DNA from: Tubulanus polymorphus
Taxonomy: Eukaryota; Animalia; Nemertea
DNA length: 64,000 nt
Direction of reading: 5' to 3'
Assembly (NCBI RefSeq): GCF_964204645.1
Contig: NC_134030.1
Location: 20,048,210 to 20,112,209, forward strand
Both the position numbers and the translations under genes were made by a program. Shown in pieces: positions 9,951 through 23,654 of the stretch; position 1 is the first letter of the stretch, and each line of letters opens with the position of its first letter. The notes under the pieces were generated by a model that was not told where the DNA came from, made no database searches, and saw only the letters and a program-made list of their open reading frames with translations.

Positions 9951-10488
9951 AAACAATATAAATTCAGTTTTAATATGCTTTAAGTGAAATCAATTTTCGT
10001 AGTTCATTGATGCTTCGATTTTTTGTTTATAAAATAGTAAGTATCATCTGCAAACATCGTGCAATCTAAGATGTCTATAGATTATATCAGCAATAGGTGC
10101 CGAATATAAAAAGTAAATAAAACTGGCCCCAGAACTGAACCTTGGGGGCTTCCACATCGAAAATCAGCAATACTAACTTTACCGTTTGTAACAACTTTGT
10201 GTGTACATTCCTGAAGGTGCCTAAGATTTGAAATAATTCTGTTTTGAAGCTGATTAGCGGCCATGCGTTCGGGCATCTTTGTGGCTACAGGTAAGTAAGA
10301 CAATGATCTATAATTATTCAATTAATACAGATTTAGAATTTGTGGTTTTTATCAATTGCTCAACCGAGCATGATTTTAATCTAACTGTTCGTAGGTACAA
10401 CACCGGTTTCCAAAGAGAGCAATTTATAATTCGAGTAACGATTGGAACAGTAACACACTGTTTTAGAATTGGCGCGGGCAACTAAAGC
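9951..10488 (-). mobile_element. Degenerate LINE (L2/CR1-like) ORF2 reverse-transcriptase remnant
   Basis: Minus-strand fragments in the expected order: PIVTRIINCSL/ETGVVP, NNYRSLSYLPVATKMPERMAANQL, CGSPQGSVLGPVLFTFYI, MFADDT (10040-10057) and KTEFILF (9951-9971), with frameshifts and internal deletions. Confidence 0.85.
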
Positions 10489-11281
10489 ATCTCCCTTATA
10501 CTTCGCAAATCCACGACCCGCATCAAAATTGCTCGGAGCACCACGGCAAAACTGATCATTAACGCGACTAATGGTCAGTAGCGTATGTTCCAAACGAGCG
10601 ATGGAAATTCACTTATTTCAAACTGGTCATTTATGTGTAAAATACAAGCACTTGAGAGACACACGGATACGCGACATGGACTTAATAGCGTAACCTGCAT
10701 TTTCAAGTGTATTAATGGCTTATGCGAGCTTTCAACTTAAACTTCGTGTTGGGCGGTGATTTATTGATAGGCCGTCTAGAAGGCTGAGATTGAACCGCAT
10801 ATTTTTTTTTGAAAAAAAACTTTCTTTCAAAATCAATTCCGAAAGATCTAGCGGTTTGAAATTAAACAAATTCGTACGGATATAGTTAATGAAATTTTGA
10901 ATTGATGCAAAGGTAGAAAAGTATTGAATAATAATTTCTAGGCTCATCGTGAATATTCGACGATTCTATAACTAAAATTACGTTCGGGTTGAATGTGTTC
11001 TGATGAAATATGTAATGTCTAATGTCTAAATTCGTGTGTGAACAAATTGGAAAAATCGAATTTGGAATTAATTGGCCTTAAGAATTTTGGTAGGCAACGT
11101 GGAATCTAGAAATTATTGCTAATTGATAAACAGATCTGTAAGCTAAAAATCCAAACATTTCAAATCTAGAATCAGTTTTCAAACTAATTGCGGCAGTAAC
11201 CAAAAATCAACTTAAAAGAAATCACAGCGAATTCTCTGATTGGACGAACTGTAATTTGTACTCGGTTGTTATTCGACGAAT

Positions 11282-14200
11282 ATGGTTTTGGTTCATTTTG
11301 TCGTGTTGATGCTGTTCGGTATGGATCGACTGAGTGCGCTGTTTATAGCGTCGCTGATCGTCTGGCGAGTTAACATCGCACACGCTGATCTGTCTGACTC
11401 TGTGACGGTCAGTTCCTCTTGTAACAACACTTGGTACCCCGTCGATTCTACGTCCGGTTACATCGTTTCACCGAATTACCCGTCGTTAACGCGCGGTGTT
11501 GAATGTCGTTGGTTCGTCAACAGCTCTTTACCGGGAACTTTCATCATCAAACTATACTACGACATCGAGCCGTCGATATTCTGTAGTGATAACTACCTTC
11601 TCGTCGGTGAGTCCGATAACAAATTCTGCGGTGAAGGAAAACATGAAATCCGCCGTAACGATTCGATGTCGTTGATGTTTAGAAGTAACGTCGATGGTGC
11701 GCGGGGTAGTCGGGTTTATATCATATATCGTTTAGAACGGAACAATTTGAAATTAATTCACACCTGCGCAAAATACCATTTAAAAATCAACAAATTAACA
11801 ACATCGATAGGATACAAGTTTGCTATGTTTCTAAAGCGATGTAAATTGCATTTAGAATGGATCGGGATCCCGGATGGTTTTGCTATGAATTTCACGTTTT
11901 CGCAGATAAAATTCGAATTATATCCCGGCACTGATCCAGCGACAACTGTTCAAATTCATGACGGATGGAACAGCAGTGAACTTATTGCTGTAATACCAGA
12001 ACAAAGTGGGCATCCACCTTCATCCTTTTATAGTAAGACAAACAAAGCTATGATCAGTTTCCTACTTGGGCGAAACGAACTTACATCACAACTATCAGTT
12101 CAGGTGTATAGAATATCTGATTGGAACGTCTCTAATCCGTTAATTCAAATCCCTAATAACGAGTCTGGAGTGCTCATCCCTGATGACAACAGTTTACACG
12201 TAATAACTCGATCAAAAAACTTACACTGCTGGTCTATCACAGTGCAGGTGTTACATTACGTCGTCTTCAACTGGACACGTGATCTCAGCACATCCGGTGA
12301 CGTCATTGGTGTATATAAACTAGAAGGGTTACGCGTTGTAGGAACTGATATTTTACTCGATTACAACTATCTGGAATCACTGAGTGTTAAATCGGACGGC
12401 TTTCTCGTCATACTGTGCGTTTTAATAAGACCAGGTGTTTTACCGTCGAATGTGAAAATTGGATTTGAAGTGAAATCTATTTCCATAAATGACGTACGAG
12501 TGGATAAACGCTTGGTGAGTATTGTGCATTTTAATTTTAAGTTTAGGATTTTATTGCGTGTGGATCTCTGTTATTAGGTTTCATGCGTTGAGTTTTTGTT
12601 AGCGTTCTGGGAATAAATTTAACGTCTTCGAAGCCAACACGAGAAGTTAGGCGCACTTGATCTTGGAGATTCAGATACTATGACATGAGTAAAATGACTA
12701 ATGGGATGAATCAGGTGTTTAATCGGGAGGTAATTTTCGACTAAAATATTTTAGTTGGAAATAACGATTTATCACCGGTGAAAGAAATTTAATTTAAGCA
12801 AATCTAAATTACGAGTTGCTGCTTCACGTGATGAAATCGACACAGATTTGAAAATGTTGATATGTAGTTATTACTTTAAAAACAAATGCTGATTTGTTAT
12901 ATTTTGTAGATAGATGATAAAAGATACGGTTTGTCTGCTCAAAATCTGTTGCCAAGATACACAAACACAAGATTAACGTATCGTATAAATACATTAGAAT
13001 CTAAACGGAAAGTTGATATCTATGAGAATAGATTGAGACTAACAGTTTTATCAGAGACGTGCGAGAGAGCTGGATTTTATATATATGACGGTGGTAATTT
13101 TACAGCTAGACGCTATGGTCCGTATTGTCCTGGTTATAAATACGGTCGTCACGTCGCCAGTCTGATTACATCAGGAGGACCGGTTACTGTAGTAGCATAC
13201 GCTTATAACTGGGATAAAAACTTAATAGTTTATCCAGTGTCGGATCTATTTTTCGCCCCTACTGATTGTGACGGGTTTGTTCTGCAGGAAGGTGAAAATC
13301 AGATCAATATGACGTCACACTGTCTCGTGATTACACCTGAAAACCGACGCCTTCCTTTAGAAAATATTTATATATTATCAGAACACGAATATCAAATTTA
13401 CACTTGTTCCCGTGGTTTAAATTCGTGTCCTGTTGTTACTCTCACAACTCAATTACTGAATAACAGTCTCTTATTGAATCATCTGATGATAAAAGGAAGT
13501 AGTTATAGGTTCTGGAGTAATTCAATGATGATTGTACTACGACGTAAATGTTTGGTGTTGATGATCTATCAAGATTCCCCGGTACTTTCTGCTAATCAAT
13601 TTGCATACATCACGCCGATGCGAGAAAAATGTGGAGTCGCACAATCACCGGAATACCCTGGATATTTTTTTCATCGCGGCAAATCTTTGTACTACTCATT
13701 TCATTACGACAAACATTTGAATTACATCAGATTCCTTTTCAAATTCATGGGGCAAGCCTCGTGCAGCCCTTCTAGTAGTAAAACTGTTCGAGATCTGTTA
13801 TTACTGGTACAGACTATCTTGAAACCCGGTAATCAGGTAAACAATATGAGGCTGCGTCGGCACGAGACTAAAATATGTGAAAATAACGCAGTACCTGGAC
13901 TTTTATTATACAGTCTACTCGGGTATGACCTTTACTTTGAAGCGAAAAACTATATACCTTTATTTCAAATTCAATACACTTTAGAACAATCGCCTTCACA
14001 AACACATCGAAATAATGACTGCGGATCAGATTTTCTAGATTCAGGTGTTTCGTGTATCAGATACATCAAACATGAACGTCTGAATTGGGAGAACGCTGAC
14101 ATTTACTGTCAACAGAAATACGGAGGACATCTTCTCAGTATCAACATTGAACAGGAAATGATTGCTGTAAAAAAACTGTTCGCTACGAAACTTCTTCAGG

Positions 14201-17200
14201 AGGCGTATTCACAGGCGGCGCTGATTGTGATGATTGGATTGAAATGGCAGGTAATTTCAAAGTATCGTTATGAACATGTTTACCAACATTCATTTAGTAT
14301 TGAACAAGATTTTGAATTTGTTATGAATTTATTCATTCTCTACTAAAGGTCTAGAATCTTTCATATTAATTGAAACAGATTTCTATAAGTCAACGTGTAA
14401 AATGTAACATAAGCTTAATTTGATAAACTCAATTCAGACGCTTGATGTAAGTTAGATATCCAAAAGCTAATCGTCATGAACACGTCTAAAACCATTTCGA
14501 TCAATGAAACTGAATTTATTTTGAGCAGGATGATGGTTATTACACCTGGACTGATGGGAAACCATTGAGCTACACAGAATGGTTTAAACCTGCTATGATA
14601 AACGAAACGATACCAGAAGTTATTCAAGGATTGATATCTCCTCTACGAAAACAACCGATAAATGACGTAGATATGCCGTGTACGGCGATGATACTGAATA
14701 ATCCACGAGGATCGGCGAACTGGGTTCGATTCCCGTGTCAAATCGAGGAGACTCGAACAACTTTCATTTGTGAAAAAGACAAAGATAACTCCTTATCTAC
14801 TAACAATCACAAATTACCTGTTGCAGAAGAAAACTCTACTTATTATTCGGGGATATTGGAATCAGTTAACTCCACGTGTTTTAAAGGATGGATTGGTTTA
14901 AAAGGACATTGCTATCAGATACTTACAGCCTGGGATACTCACAGATTGTCAATTCGGAAAGCTGAGCAAATGTGTCTTAAAATCGGTGGTGAAATAGGTA
15001 TAGTATCCAATGATGTTATAATTCATCATTTGATTCAAATATTTCATTATGAACATCAATATGGTGCTATACTGGCGAAGGCTACGGATAGTGAATTTCT
15101 TGCTCTGAATCCAGTTTTCACCAGAGATGAAATAACATATAAAAAAACGGTGAAATGGTCAGTGACTGCCTTTGATAATGTCACAGATGTAGCGCATTCA
15201 GTGCTTTGTTCCTATAATGTAACTGATGAAGAGTTGACTTCTATAAAAAGGTGTAAATCGTGGCAATTTGAATGTAACGATCAAAGATGTATCAGCGACC
15301 ATCGCGTATGTGATACCAGAAACGACTGTCCACACGGTGAAGATGAAGTGGATTGTTCGGATTCAAACTTGCGCAGTCAGTTCCACTGTACCGATGGAAG
15401 AGTTATATCAGTGAGTAATTTGTGTGATTTTGTACGAGATTGCGCTGACGGATCTGATGAGAACTCGTGCTATCATACTTCATGTTCCTCTGAACAGTTT
15501 AAGTGTAGCAATGGACAATGTGTGGGTTTATATAGTCGATGTGATGGACTGGTTGATTGTAAAGATAAGTCTGATGAGATCGGCTGCTCTTCCGATGAAT
15601 GTAACGGGTTTCTGTGTGTAAATGGTGAATGTATCAGTTCTCTGTTGTATCGGGATGGTGTTGTAGATTGTGCTGGTAGCCTCGAAGAAGATGAGATTGT
15701 CACCAACATAACAGTTACACCAAAGATTCACTGTACTACAGAAAACTACTGTACGACTAACTTCACAAACTTATGTAAGAAATCCGATGAACAAAGATGT
15801 TCTTTCGATTCTCCTCACTGTTATTCTAGACGTCACAGATGTATTTTAGAAAGGATGCCGATTGGTTACCCGGTATGTAGAAGGCTCGAACATATACAAA
15901 GTTGTACTGATTTCAAATGTCCAGCTGGTGCTGCAAAATGTCCAGCATCTTACTGTATACCGATGGGACAGGTGTGCGATGGTCGATCCGATTGTCCTAA
16001 CTCAGAAGATGAGCGAAACTGCAAGACTTTGTCATGTCCTGGCATGTTTAAGTGTGGCCAGGAAAACCGATGCATACCTCAATCTGAAGTTTGTGATGGT
16101 GTCGTCAATTGTAAACATACCACTGATGACGAAGCTTTCTGTGACGTCATATGTCCAAAGGAATGTAAATGTCAAGGTCATTTGATTGATTGCGATCATG
16201 CTGGTTTCGTAGAAATTACTGATCTTTTCTCGGCATCAACTCGAGTTTTGATTTTATCAAGAAACCAAGTCGTATTCAATGAGTCTACATTTTCTTCGTA
16301 CCTCTATTTACATTTCCTTAATATTTCACGTAACAATTTGTCTTATATTGTTCCAAACGCGTTCTCAAACCTGCATAATCTACATACATTAGATCTGACC
16401 TATAACCGCATAATATCATTTTCCGAGAATACATTCGCCGGTTTGTATAGTTTGAAAATGCTTTTGATTTTTGGAAATCCAGTAAGACATTTAGAAGATG
16501 GTAGTTTTCAAGGTTTAAAATCACTAACTGATCTCGATCTTCGCGGTTTTTCCTTGTCGTTACTCGGTGGAAATGTGTTCAGTGGTTTATCCGCTTTAGA
16601 GTCGTTAAATATCAGCAGTAACGTGATCAGTTATATTTCACCGAACGCATTTGCCAAATTGACAAAACTCAGAAATCTGGATCTCACCAAAAATTCGAAA
16701 TTCATATCCGTAGAAAAAACCGTTTTTGACAGTCTTACATTATTGAGTTCGTTGGCTTCTGACGCGTACAAATTTTGTTGCATGGTTCCGAATGTTGACC
16801 AGTGTCTCCCGGAAGCCGACCAATTTTCATCTTGTTCCGACCTGATGGGTAACACTGTTCTTAGAGCAATCATTTGGGCGATCGCTTCATTCAGCTTTTT
16901 TGCCAACATAATCGTAATTTTACTTCGCGTTCAAGCGTTACGCATTTCATCCTCTGAATCACGTAACACATCCTCTGATATCCTAATCATTAATATTGCC
17001 ACCTGCGATTTTCTCATGTCAATTTATCTTTTTCTGATCGCTGGAGCCGATTACGTCTATAAAAGTGTTTATTTCCTCAATTCTGAAATGTGGACAGATA
17101 GTTCACTGTGTCGACTCGCTGGGATTTTAGTAACTCTTTCGTGCGAAGGGTCTTTGCTTTTTCTCCTGATTCTAACCCGTCAAAGATACTCGAATATCGT

Positions 17201-17759
17201 CGATCCATTTTCTGGAAGCCCAATTATATCATCGACATATGTGTCCGGTATTTGCTGTATATGCTGGATCATTTTGGGCAACATTTCAATGTTACCGTTG
17301 TCGTCATCTTCTTATTTCGGACATAACTTTTACGGCACAACTGGTGTTTGTTTACCTATGAATTTACTATCCATCAATGTCCCCGCCTGGCAATACTCAT
17401 TCGCTATTTTTGCCGTGTTTAACTCGGTCGTACTTGCTACAATAATGATGACGTATGCACAGATGTATAGACTCGTATCTGGAAGCAGGTCCGGCTCGGG
17501 TAGAGCTGATCCTACCGAATTGGTTCTGGCGCGTAGGAGTTTAGTGATAAATCTGTGTAATTTATTTTGCTGGTTACCGATAATAATCGTTCAGTTTTGC
17601 GCTGTATTCCGAGTAGAAATACCGAACCAAGTGGCGGCTTGGTTGGCGGTACTTTTCCTACCGATCAACTCGTCACTGAATCCACTTCTTTACACCATCC
17701 TCACTATTGATATTAAATCTATTCGGGCCAGAAATAGACGCGTTTTGAAAACTCGCTGA
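11282..17759 (+). CDS. GRL101-like CUB/CLECT/LDLa/LRR GPCR, copy 2 (~1934 aa); join(11282..12514,12910..14250,14529..17759)
   Basis: Same GT-AG phase-0 introns and domain motifs as copy 1; all three exons are open and in frame. Confidence 0.93.
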
Positions 17760-18429
17760 ACCATTCGACAGTCAAACCCTGACTATGCACTCTAATCAGA
17801 ATGCTGCGAAATCTTTTCAGATGAAATATATTTAATTACATAAACACATACGTAGCAAACGTGTGGACTCGAGAACGAACTGATACTTGCTTATACGTTC
17901 CAATAAAAAAAAAAACTGACGACACTTCAAGATAATATCGCAAAGTAATGAAATCATCGAATGGGTTTCGAATCGTGTCCAGAAATACGACGTAGCGATA
18001 AGAATACACGCTAGGAGAGCTGAGTAATGTCATTTAATATGAGTTGTAACACCGATTATCCTGACAGTTAATTACGCTTATTTTATATCAGGATGATTTA
18101 AAAATTATGTAAGCTGGAAATAAAAGTGTCAAATAGTGGTACATGTTCTACGTTCATCGATTTAAAACCGTATTTGAGCGCTTATCAATGTTTAATCGAA
18201 GGATAAAGCTTGCGTTGCTTTCGTCCATTCAAAGTCCTACGCCCGGAGGAGGTGGGATCACTTCAAATGCGTGTCGAACCATATGGACATTATCGGCGCT
18301 GTTAAAGGTGATCTACGTCTTTTGAATTCAGTCGTGTTCAGTATGTTCTTGCCAGTTTCTCCTTTATTAATCTTTTATAGCCTCGGCCTTCAACATCCCC
18401 TAACAAAGGATAAGTATCGTCTAATGCAC

Positions 18430-18711
18430 TGAGTTAGGTGTACTCGGGCCCACAACGGGAACGACAATTGAATCAATCGGTCAACACTGATCAGAATGAT
18501 TACCGAGTTCCGATGCATCTTCGCCGTGTGCTGAAGTCCGTCACAGTACACAGTAAACACCGCCGACACTCCGTAAAAATAGTTCAAATATTGGAATTTT
18601 TTGCAAACCGTACGTCCACAACGATACGTATTCCTTCAATGAGGTGAAGCAAAATATCGCAACCAGGTATTTTAGGATCGCAAATATTCTGAGCAGGTGG
18701 TACGTACAAAT
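18430..18711 (-). pseudogene. Fragment of a rhodopsin-family peptide-receptor-like (FMRFamide-R/srw-like) GPCR, TM2-TM3-ICL2, frameshifted
   Basis: Translates TYHLLRIFAI...YCDGLQHTAKMHRNSVIILISVDRLIQLSFPLWARVHLT, resembling a TM3 (D/E)R motif followed by FPL. Frameshifted relative to the unit-3 copy. Confidence 0.6.
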
Positions 18712-18758
18712 TTGTAAATTCGAGAAAAAACAATTGTAAGAAATAACCGTGAAAATTA

Positions 18759-18833
18759 GCGTTCGAACCCCTAAGCCATCGGTTGCCTGAAGACTAGTGA
18801 CCGGCGGCTTAAAACCACTCGGCCAATGCGCCT
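18759..18833 (-). mobile_element. Truncated tRNA-derived SINE head (also ~31066-31140, ~43772-43846, ~56098-56172)
   Basis: Minus strand AGGCGCATTGGCCGAGTGGTTTTAAGCCGCC...GGGGTTCGAACGC carries Pol III A and B boxes; its 5' end resembles the SINE in the knottin intron. Confidence 0.6.
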
Positions 18834-21199
18834 GTTACATGAGTTCAAAGAAGGTTTGGCTAGTGTATTGTGCTTGGATCAAAATTTCCACCAGTTGTGA
18901 TCTAGATGCTTAGTATACGTTAGTATACTGAACGGCATGATCGATGACCAACAATATTCACCATTGAATATACGATTTACTCACCTGTTGCACTGAAGGT
19001 TTGGGTTACTGATATTTCTGATCGATGAACCATGCTCACGAATCGGTGTGCAAATACATTTTCTAAAAGGAGTTTAATACAAATATACAGTTTGACAGGT
19101 TGTAGTGCAGTTCGGTCGTCAAAACAACTGACGAAAATTGTAATGAATACATGTAGTTAATCTATCATGTGAAACTGAATTAACTCACAAACATCAGTTT
19201 AAGTACCGTACTGCTATTTCCAAAATTTCGATGTATTAAATTAGGCAGCCAAGAAAATTCACCCCCAATCAGTCGCTTGCCGGTTAAGACTGAATGGAAG
19301 ATTGTTTGAATGAACCGGAACCGAATTTCCCAATTATGTACTTTGAGCAAAAAACTTTTGTAAACTCGACCGCCGATCACACAACTATATCTGTACTTCG
19401 ATTATCGATTGTAAAACCAAACCCCCTGTTTCGCTCCCGGCAGGTGTGGTGGGTTTGTAAGGGACACTCAATCAAAAAATCAAACGAAATTTACCAACCA
19501 AATAAATAACAGGGACAATCCCTATTTTAGGAAAAAAAACACAAATGAAGAAGAGCCACAATTCAAAGTATACACGATAAAATCTATCAAATTGAACCCA
19601 CTACGTTCGCTAACAGCCACTATCACGTGGAAAGCGGCAAAATTTCGGCAATATTTAAACTTCAAATATAAACTTCAAGTATATTCATCATTTTGCATGA
19701 GAAAATACCACTTCTGTTCTTTTTTATATTCACCTTTAATGTCACTTTTAAACAGTTTCGAGGAAAAAATAATTCCTAAGAAATTCTTTTTTGGGACTTT
19801 CAAATTTAGGAGGGGGTGGGGCGGGTGGGGGACGGGGCTCCTCTAACTCCGCCCCTGAATTGTGCCGCATTCTTAGGCAGTTTTTACTCCAAGTCTTCAA
19901 ATAACGAGGAATACACGTATTACAGAGGGCCGCATTACGTCACTGCAGAAAATGCGTCTCGTGGAGAAAATGGTGGAAGGCGGGGACTTAACAAAACTGT
20001 TTAGATGATATAAAAGATGATGTGTTTGTCTGCTGTCGTGAATATGTATTGTTAAAGGTTTTGAATACACATGGATTTAAAAACTTCTCGCTGCATTTCC
20101 CTGTAAGAGGACACCATGAAGAGTCAATCAATCACCAAAGCTGTGCAATTATTTGGTTTTATTTCAATTTGTATTTGAATAATATATAATATCGCGCGCA
20201 GTATTTTCTATTCATTCGTCGACTGTTCTGGCTCGAGAAAACGAGATATTGTCATTTAAAATAAAATACGTTGGAAGAGCGACTAAGGTAAGCGTAGTGA
20301 TAAAATATTCTAATTTAACGATAAAAATGATACCTTGTTCCTCAAAAGCTTAAAAGTTGACCCGGCCGGCCGCCGCCTATCTACCCTATACATTATTCTA
20401 AAAAAAGAAACTATTATCAGCCATTCGACAACAAGACGCGGCGGCTATTGAAACGAATGGATTACAGATTTTATTGAAATTTACAAAATGACCCGGGCGC
20501 TGCGGAGAAACAAGGTGTCATTTTTAGCCTAAAATAATATACTCCGATAAGTACAGCAGCAATTTCAGTAGCCAGAATCTAAAATACGACACATGACTAA
20601 ACACTTTTTTCTGCTGAAAATCATGCATCGATTAATTGATCAATGACGTGTCATATAGTGTTCTATCAATCGTGTTCATAACCAAAATTTTCTATAATAA
20701 ATGATTTTCTATAATTGAGGTTAGTAACTAATTTCAAACGAATATCTTTTGACTAGATCATTTGGGCTGAGGAACCAAACTTGGAAGTGACTCTGAAGAC
20801 AAAAAATGAATTATCGATGATTATCTATATTAGATATTTAAAGCTTATCACTCACGGAAAGAAACGACAAAGACTTGTTCCTGCGATGCCCAAACACTAG
20901 CAATGCGGCCGCCCTGCACTCACTTCATAGCACGGCATTCAAACCAGCGATTCAAACCCGTTACACTGCTCTGCACTAAATCAAAAATACATCAAGTATT
21001 CTTTATGAATTTTTGACTATATCTATTATCAGTTCCTTTTTTCTGTGTAGCTGCGTTATTTCAAACCTGGCTCATTCTCTGACGAAAAGGTTTTCTCATT
21101 GAGAGCCTATTTGAAAACTGTCGCAATATCAATTTTCTTTTCGAATTTTTGAAAATGCCAAATCGCAAATATATTTTATTCAAATTCTAGGCGAAGAAA

Positions 21200-21877
21200 A
21201 TGCTTGCTTATACAATGACTCGCATATGTGCTTTTGCTGCGATTGTGGCCAGTGCCGCGGCCTTCAGTGGTGAGTTAAGACTGGGAAAATGATACTCAGC
21301 TTCATAGGATTTCATAAATGATATAAATCAATTCGCAATTATCAGTAAACATTTAGTATGCGTTTATCGACGGAACGAATTGATTTGATAGATATATTTC
21401 ACAAAATGACACATATACATTATGACAAAAACCCTGTTAATCGACGTGCAATATATTGTTATTATACACATGTATTTTTTTTAACACCCTGGCCCGCTAA
21501 GCGCCACGCTAGAAGCGGGTTCGATGTTTCTTTTTCCCAATACCCACACTAGAGAAGAACCTCCGACCAAGAAACTTTGTCGCCTCCAGGGTTTGAATCC
21601 ATTAACCCTGGATTGATGAGAGCAGTGTCAGGCGGCTTATACCACTCGGCCACTGCGCCTCCCATCTGTTATCCTCATTGGGATCACCATTATAGTCCTA
21701 CATCTGGGGGCGGGAGTTCCATTATTTCTTCAATTTAGGTAAAAACATCTTTCACTTCAAAATTCAATTTTTTATTTCATGTTTTTTGAAAATATAGATT
21801 GCTATCCAAACGGCAGGACGTGTGACGATAACCTTAAGTGTTGCAGCAACACCTGTAGAGCTAGTATTTGTTCCTGA
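21200..21877 (+). CDS. Secreted knottin (ICK)-like peptide B, 49 aa; join(21200..21269,21798..21877): MLAYTMTRICAFAAIVASAAAFS-DCYPNGRTCDDNLKCCSNTCRASICS
   Basis: Signal-peptide exon, phase-1 GT-AG intron, C-x6-C-x5-CC-x3-C-x4-C framework, stop, ATTAAA (22048) and AATAAA (22063). Confidence 0.85.
21475..21661 (-). mobile_element. tRNA-derived SINE-like element in knottin intron 2
   Basis: Copy of 9086-9271 with A box, degenerate B box and A tail. Confidence 0.65.
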
Positions 21878-22342
21878 TCGTTGAGTACAAAGGTTTATAA
21901 TGGGATATACTCGTGGTGGTTTGGGAAATATATCCGATTATGAAACTGAACGACAGTCAGTTTTACTGACTAGGCCGTGTACTAAAAAGCTCGCACTGAA
22001 TTTATATTTGTTACCGATTCTTCATATCTTGTACTAAATTTGATTCAATTAAACTGCGAGTAAATAAATCAATTGTCGGGTTGTTGACTGTTTATGATTC
22101 ATCGGTCAGAGTTTTCAAAGTGATCAGAAGTGCCATTCCATCGGCGGTGAAGAACATTCATCGTCAATTAAAAAAGACTACTCGTAAGCAAAAGTCCAAA
22201 ATCTCCCTAATCAATTATTTCAGTCCCAGGGTTTAAATGTTTCATATGCATCCATCCATTAAGATATTTAGAGTTTTCTTGTCCTGGTGCCCGGTCGGCG
22301 ATTTTTCTTGTGACGTCACGCAACCTCGTATGAAACTGAGGC

Positions 22343-22880
22343 AAACAATATAAATTCAGTTTTAATATGCTTTAAATGAAATCCATTTTCGTAGTTCATT
22401 GATGCTTCGATTTTTTGTTTATAAAATAGTAAGTATCATCTGCAAACATCGTGCAATCTAAGATGTCTACAAATTATATCAGCAATAGGTGCCGAATATA
22501 AAGAGTAAATAAAACTGGCCCCGGAACTGAACCTTGGGAACTTCCACATCGAAAATCAGCTATATTAACTTTACCGTTTGTAACAACTTTGTGCGTACAT
22601 TCCTGAAGGTGCCTAAGATTTGAAATAATTCTGTTTTGAAGCTGATTAGCGGCCATGCGTTCGGGCATCTTTGTGGCTACAGGTTAGTAAGATAATGATC
22701 CATAATTATTCAATTAGTATAGATTTAAAAGTTGTGTTTTTTATCAATTGCGCAACCGAACATGATTTTAATTAAACAGTTCGTAGGTACAACACCGGTT
22801 TCCAAAGAGAGCAATTTATAATTCGAGTAACGATTGGAACAGTAACACACTGTTTTAGAATTGGCGCGGGCAACTGAAGC
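22343..22880 (-). mobile_element. Degenerate LINE RT remnant
   Basis: Copy of 9951-10488 (QGSVPGPVLFTLYI, MFADDT). Confidence 0.8.
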
Positions 22881-23654
22881 ATCTCCCTTATACTTCGCAA
22901 ATCCACGACCCGCATCAAAATTGCTCGGAGCACCACGGCAAATCTGATGATTAACGCGACTAATGGTCAGTAGTGTATGTTCCAAACGAGCGATGGAAAT
23001 TCACTTATTTCAAAGTGGTCATTTATGGGCAAAATACAAGCACTTGAGAGATACACGGATACGCGACATGGACTTAATAGCGTAACTTGCATTTTCAAGT
23101 GTATTAATGGCTTATGCGAGCTTTCAACTTAAACTTCGTGTTGGGCGGTGATTTATTGATAGGCCGTCTAGAAGACTGAGAACCGCATATTCTTTTTAAA
23201 ACTTTCTTTCAAAAACAATTTCGACAGATCTAGCGGTTTGAAATTAAACAAATTCGTACGGATATAGTTAATGGAATTTTGAATTGATGCAAAGGTAGAA
23301 AGGCATTGAATGATGATTTTAGGCTCATCGTGAATGTTCGACGATTCTATAACTAAAATTACGTTCGGCTTGAATGTGTTCTGATGAAATATGTAATGTC
23401 TAATGTCTAAATTCGTGTGTGAACAAATTGGAAAAATCAAAATTGAAATTAATTGACCTTAAAATTTTGGTGAGATACATGGAATCTAGAAATTATTATA
23501 AACAGATCTGTAAGCAAAAAATCCAAACATTTCAAATCTAGAATCGGTTTTCAAACTAATTGCGGCAGTAACTAAAAAATCAGCTTAAAAGAAGTCACAG
23601 CGAATTCTCTGATTGGACGAACTGTTATCTGTGCTCGGTTGTTATTCGACGAGA

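Noticed and set aside
18759-18833. Functional tRNA gene
   Set aside because: A and B boxes are present but there is no complete acceptor stem or clean cloverleaf; better read as a SINE head.
19180-19509. 66-71 aa ORFs on both strands repeated in units 2-5
   Set aside because: No recognisable motif or gene signals, absent from unit 1, and the + ORF is not intact in unit 5.
20622-20652. Cluster of short palindromes (atgcatcgattaattgatca)
   Set aside because: No extended stem; compatible with chance in AT-rich sequence.
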